Below are positions 43,387 to 46,198 of a stretch of DNA of 46,198 nucleotides, in pieces. Position numbers and translations under genes: made by a program. Source of the DNA: a virus (taxonomy: Duplodnaviria > Caudoviricetes); the IMG/VR virus record IMGVR_UViG_3300037424_000299, positions 1 through 46,198 of that record. One strand, written 5' to 3'. Each line of letters starts with the position of its first letter. The first letter of the stretch is position 1. The notes beneath the pieces were generated by a model. It saw nothing but the letters and a program-made list of their open reading frames with translations, was not told the origin of the DNA and ran no database searches.

Positions 43387-43580
43387 TCATCCGCCTTCCG
43401 ATGTTCGTTGTTAATCTTCAACCGATCTTCTCTGCTCATTCGCTCGCCTTCGTGCTTGCTGATGAATGTAGGCTTATCGTTTCGCTTCTGCTGCTTCTGG
43501 CAGGCTGGGCAGAGGTCACCAAACTTGCTAACGTAATTTCGGCAAAAAGTGTTTGCACAGGGGATCATCATTGGACTCAT
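43383..43580 (-). CDS. Small Cys-rich protein
   Basis: CANTFC...CPAC. Confidence 0.55.
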   Translation of the reverse strand: MSPMMIPCANTFCRNYVSKFGDLCPACQKQQKRNDKPTFISKHEGERMSREDRLKINNEHRKADE

Positions 43581-43798
43581 TTCTCACCTACCTGTTCTCG
43601 CTTCGTCTCTCGGTCTGCATACTGCGCCCACCTCGTAAGTAGGTACATTTCGGCTTTCGTGACCTGAAAAACCATCGCGCCAGCGGGCATATCCGCGCCG
43701 TATTTCTCCGCCAACTCGTCAGCAAGGGCAACTGCAAGATCCTCGAAAACCTTTTTTATTCCCTTCGCCACAAACTCGCGCACGTCTATTCCGTTCAT
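43577..43798 (-). CDS. Hypothetical protein
   Basis: ATGA coupling. Confidence 0.6.
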   Translation of the reverse strand: MNGIDVREFVAKGIKKVFEDLAVALADELAEKYGADMPAGAMVFQVTKAEMYLLTRWAQYADRETKREQVGEK

Positions 43799-44181
43799 CC
43801 CTCACCTCCGTGGGCGGCGGCTAGTGTCCGCAGTTCCATAGCAACGCTGTGCAGGCTTGTACTGAATCTTTCACACTCGCCGTTGTTGTCGTCCACAGCC
43901 TGCGCTAATTCAAGCAGCGCCTCCCGCGCCTTCGCGTTACTGGCTTCCAGCGAGGCAATGCGTTGCTCCAGTTGCGCGTGCGGGCTATCGTCTCCCTCAT
44001 GCCACGCTATCGCCTGATCAAGCCGAGCGCGGAGGTCCGCAAGTTCGGTGGCGGCGAGTTCGCGCAGTTCTTGCTGTTCCAGCAGCGTCATTTCGCTCCA
44101 TGCGTAGTTTGTAACGCGCATTAGAAGATCCTCAATTTTGCTTACGTTTATTTTTTTGTATAACTCTTGTATTGCACTCAT
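43795..44181 (-). CDS. Coiled-coil hypothetical protein
   Basis: Start MSAIQEL after AAAGGAG. Confidence 0.6.
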   Translation of the reverse strand: MSAIQELYKKINVSKIEDLLMRVTNYAWSEMTLLEQQELRELAATELADLRARLDQAIAWHEGDDSPHAQLEQRIASLEASNAKAREALLELAQAVDDNNGECERFSTSLHSVAMELRTLAAAHGGEG

Positions 44182-44606
44182 CCTGTTACTCCTTTCAAGA
44201 AATTCACATCTTCCCGCCCCGCCCTGATTCGCGCGAGCGGGTGGCGAAAACATTCGCCGCGGGCGAGGTCATAAGGGTTCAGGGCTTTTCCGCAGACGCG
44301 GCACGGCGGACCGGATACCAGCGTGGCGCGCTCTACAACCATAGGCAGCTGCCGCCCGCGTTCCTGTGCGTACTTCGCGCGGCGCTTTGCCCTGATAAAT
44401 TCGCCGTGCTTGCTGTACGATTCCTGTGTTCGTTTGTTAGCGCACATCTTGCAGTACGGTACCAGCCCGTCGCGGTAGCCCTTGTGGGGCGTGAACTCGC
44501 TGCGCGGCTTTGTTGCGCCGCAGTCTTTACACACTTTCATTTCAGGGGGCGCTACGAACAGCGGGCGCTGACGGGACTTGACGTAGGGGTTGGCGATGGA
44601 CGACAT
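44178..44606 (-). CDS. Double zinc-finger protein
   Basis: CKDC...CKMC and CRVC...CFRH. Confidence 0.65.
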   Translation of the reverse strand: MSSIANPYVKSRQRPLFVAPPEMKVCKDCGATKPRSEFTPHKGYRDGLVPYCKMCANKRTQESYSKHGEFIRAKRRAKYAQERGRQLPMVVERATLVSGPPCRVCGKALNPYDLARGECFRHPLARIRAGREDVNFLKGVTG

Positions 44607-44777
44607 GGGTTACGCCTCCACTCTCACCGGGAACACCAACTCCGGCAGGCTCTCAAATTCGTGATCCTGAAACGCGTCCAGCAGTTCGACGGCTTGTGCT
44701 TCTGTCAGCTCGCCTGTCTGCACAGCGACAGCGAGGTTTGCCATAATCTCTACGAGTTCTGTCATTCGGTTCCTTTC

Positions 44778-45770
44778 TTATCTGATTCTTCGCGCCTGTT
44801 TTTCCATGGAGCGAAGCCAATCGCCATCAAAACCATGGGCGATAATCATGTCATCAATCTTTTGAGGGAGTGGCAACCAGCGACCTTTTACCGACATGCA
44901 AAACTCCGCCGCGTCTTTCTCGGCTCCAGGGTCAGGGACCACCACCACATTCTTTCCTTGCAGCTTGTCAACCAATCCTTTGTATTGCGTCCGTCCAGGC
45001 ACGCCGATGTATTGCCAGTCACTATCCGGGGTAATTGAACCTGTCACCATGGCTTTGATCTCACCTTCAATCACCCATGTGATCGTTCCGTCGTAACCCT
45101 TATCAGGAAAAGCAATCAACGGAGGGAAGGGTCCAAGTCCAGACTTTTCCGGGCGGTATTTATCCTTCGGGTTCTGCGGGTTCAGTAAGCGGTGCTTGAT
45201 GTTCAGCACCTCGTAACCAACGCTGTAAATCGGGATCGTCAGGGTGGGGGTGTGCCAACCGTCGTTGATAATAAAATCCGTGCAGGCTCCAACGCTGTAA
45301 AAGCCTTGCCACGATTCATTGAGCCCACGGTTCAACCATTGCTGGACGTAGTAATCCGTCATCGACTCATGATAGAAAAGGTGTTTCTGTTCGGCTTGCA
45401 TTTCCCTGCGGCGAGCCTCTTCTTTGGCTTGTGCTTCTTCGCGCTCCTGTACAGCCTTGGCGTGTCTCTCGCGGGCGAGGCGCTCCATGGTTATCGGATC
45501 TTCCATAAGCCCACCCCCCAGGAACTCACACGCGTCTTTGAATGATTTATCCTGCCAGACCTCTACAAACCGGATTGCATCGCCTCCGCCGCAAGAACCT
45601 GAAAAGCATTGCCACAGTTCGCGCCCGTCCTTTTTATAGATGGCGAATCCAGACTTATCATGTCCACCATGGATGGGACAAATAGAGCGACCCTTGACAA
45701 CTTCCCCGCCCGCGCGGGCTACAAGTTCCTCTAAATTGGCTTTCTGTAAAATTGTTTCAATGTCAAACAT
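44778..45770 (-). CDS. DNA primase (CHC2 zinc finger + TOPRIM)
   Basis: CPIHGGHD...WQCFSGSCGGGDAI; VIEGEIKA, VVPDP, KIDD; follows dnaB. Confidence 0.9.
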   Translation of the reverse strand: MFDIETILQKANLEELVARAGGEVVKGRSICPIHGGHDKSGFAIYKKDGRELWQCFSGSCGGGDAIRFVEVWQDKSFKDACEFLGGGLMEDPITMERLARERHAKAVQEREEAQAKEEARRREMQAEQKHLFYHESMTDYYVQQWLNRGLNESWQGFYSVGACTDFIINDGWHTPTLTIPIYSVGYEVLNIKHRLLNPQNPKDKYRPEKSGLGPFPPLIAFPDKGYDGTITWVIEGEIKAMVTGSITPDSDWQYIGVPGRTQYKGLVDKLQGKNVVVVPDPGAEKDAAEFCMSVKGRWLPLPQKIDDMIIAHGFDGDWLRSMEKQARRIR

Positions 45771-45772
45771 GG

Positions 45773-46198
45773 TTATATGTCCTTGTTTGGATCGAAGTGC
45801 TTCATCTCGGCTTCATCCAGGCGGTTGTATTCTGGAGCGAAGGAAACCCACTGCTTGAAGTTCTCCGGTCCTAACTTGCGCTTGAGACAAGAGACAATCA
45901 TCTGTGTGTGACCCTGCACCGCTACGCCGTCAAAGGATTCGCCTTCCTGCTTGTAGTGGCTGGGGCGAGTGACTGATAGCATTCCGTCAGACTGTTGCTC
46001 AATTGCACTGGTCCATTGACCGTCGTCCATGGCAGGTATAGGCACCTGTCGAGTATCCACTTCGCGGCGCGCCTGAACTCCAACCACAAACCGGGTGGCA
46101 TAATCACCCGCCATGTCCTTGAGTCCGTTTACAAGGTCGCCGTAGAACTGCGTCCAGTCAGCGCCGCTTGAGCGAAACCGCTGGAGGTAGTCGATAAA
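45773..46198 (-). CDS. dnaB: DnaB-like helicase, C-terminal part
   Basis: In frame with 716..1; VQARREVD...SAIEQQSDGMLSV matches DnaB H3/H4 motifs. Confidence 0.9.
   Translation of the reverse strand, partial: FIDYLQRFRSSGADWTQFYGDLVNGLKDMAGDYATRFVVGVQARREVDTRQVPIPAMDDGQWTSAIEQQSDGMLSVTRPSHYKQEGESFDGVAVQGHTQMIVSCLKRKLGPENFKQWVSFAPEYNRLDEAEMKHFDPNKDI
46074..46198. repeat. Terminal direct repeat (copy 2), circular-assembly overlap
   Basis: Identical to 1-125; the helicase ORF continues in frame across it. Confidence 0.97.

Noticed and set aside
44172-45038. Long plus-strand ORFs antisense to real genes (also 26188-27042, 29865-30596, 5163-5873)
   Set aside because: Shadow ORFs opposite well-supported minus-strand genes; no RBS or motifs.
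46074-46198. 125-bp terminal repeat as a biological DTR
   Set aside because: It falls mid-helicase with the frame continuing across it; best explained as assembler overlap of a circular or permuted genome.
1-46198. CRISPR array, DGR/retron reverse transcriptase, IS element, alternative genetic code
   Set aside because: No regularly spaced repeats and no RT or transposase motifs were seen; genes are intact and densely packed under the standard code.

Overview
This window is an apparently complete, circularly permuted tailed-phage genome of about 46.07 kb. Bases 1-125 are repeated at 46074-46198, and the DnaB-like helicase gene runs across the join. It is siphovirus-like: TerS/TerL, portal, a prohead protease fused to an HK97-fold capsid protein, adaptor, two paralogous tail-tube-like genes, a -1 frameshifted tail chaperone, tape measure and LamG tail proteins. 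Almost all genes are on the minus strand. The SSB, the DnaD-like initiator and the lipoprotein style suggest a Chloroflexota (Anaerolineae-like) host; this is inference. I could not recognise an integrase, a cI-type repressor or a canonical endolysin. The most unusual signals are non-coding. (1) An attI-like site is followed by a complete integron-type gene cassette with an attC, although the phage has no integrase (38892-39228). (2) A candidate ~70-nt sRNA (6478-6549) has unpaired segments complementary to an 18-bp start-associated repeat that precedes three early/replication genes, suggesting RNA-based repression. (3) A degenerate tRNA-Leu-like element sits under a near-consensus promoter that would transcribe its antisense strand. 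(4) There is a second tRNA-like RNA plus several other structured RNAs and attenuator leaders. Coding oddities include an internal capsid start inside the protease-MCP fusion, a lipoprotein/non-lipoprotein dual-start LamG gene, and glycosylation enzymes embedded in the head module. All functional calls come from motif recognition only; no database searches were run.
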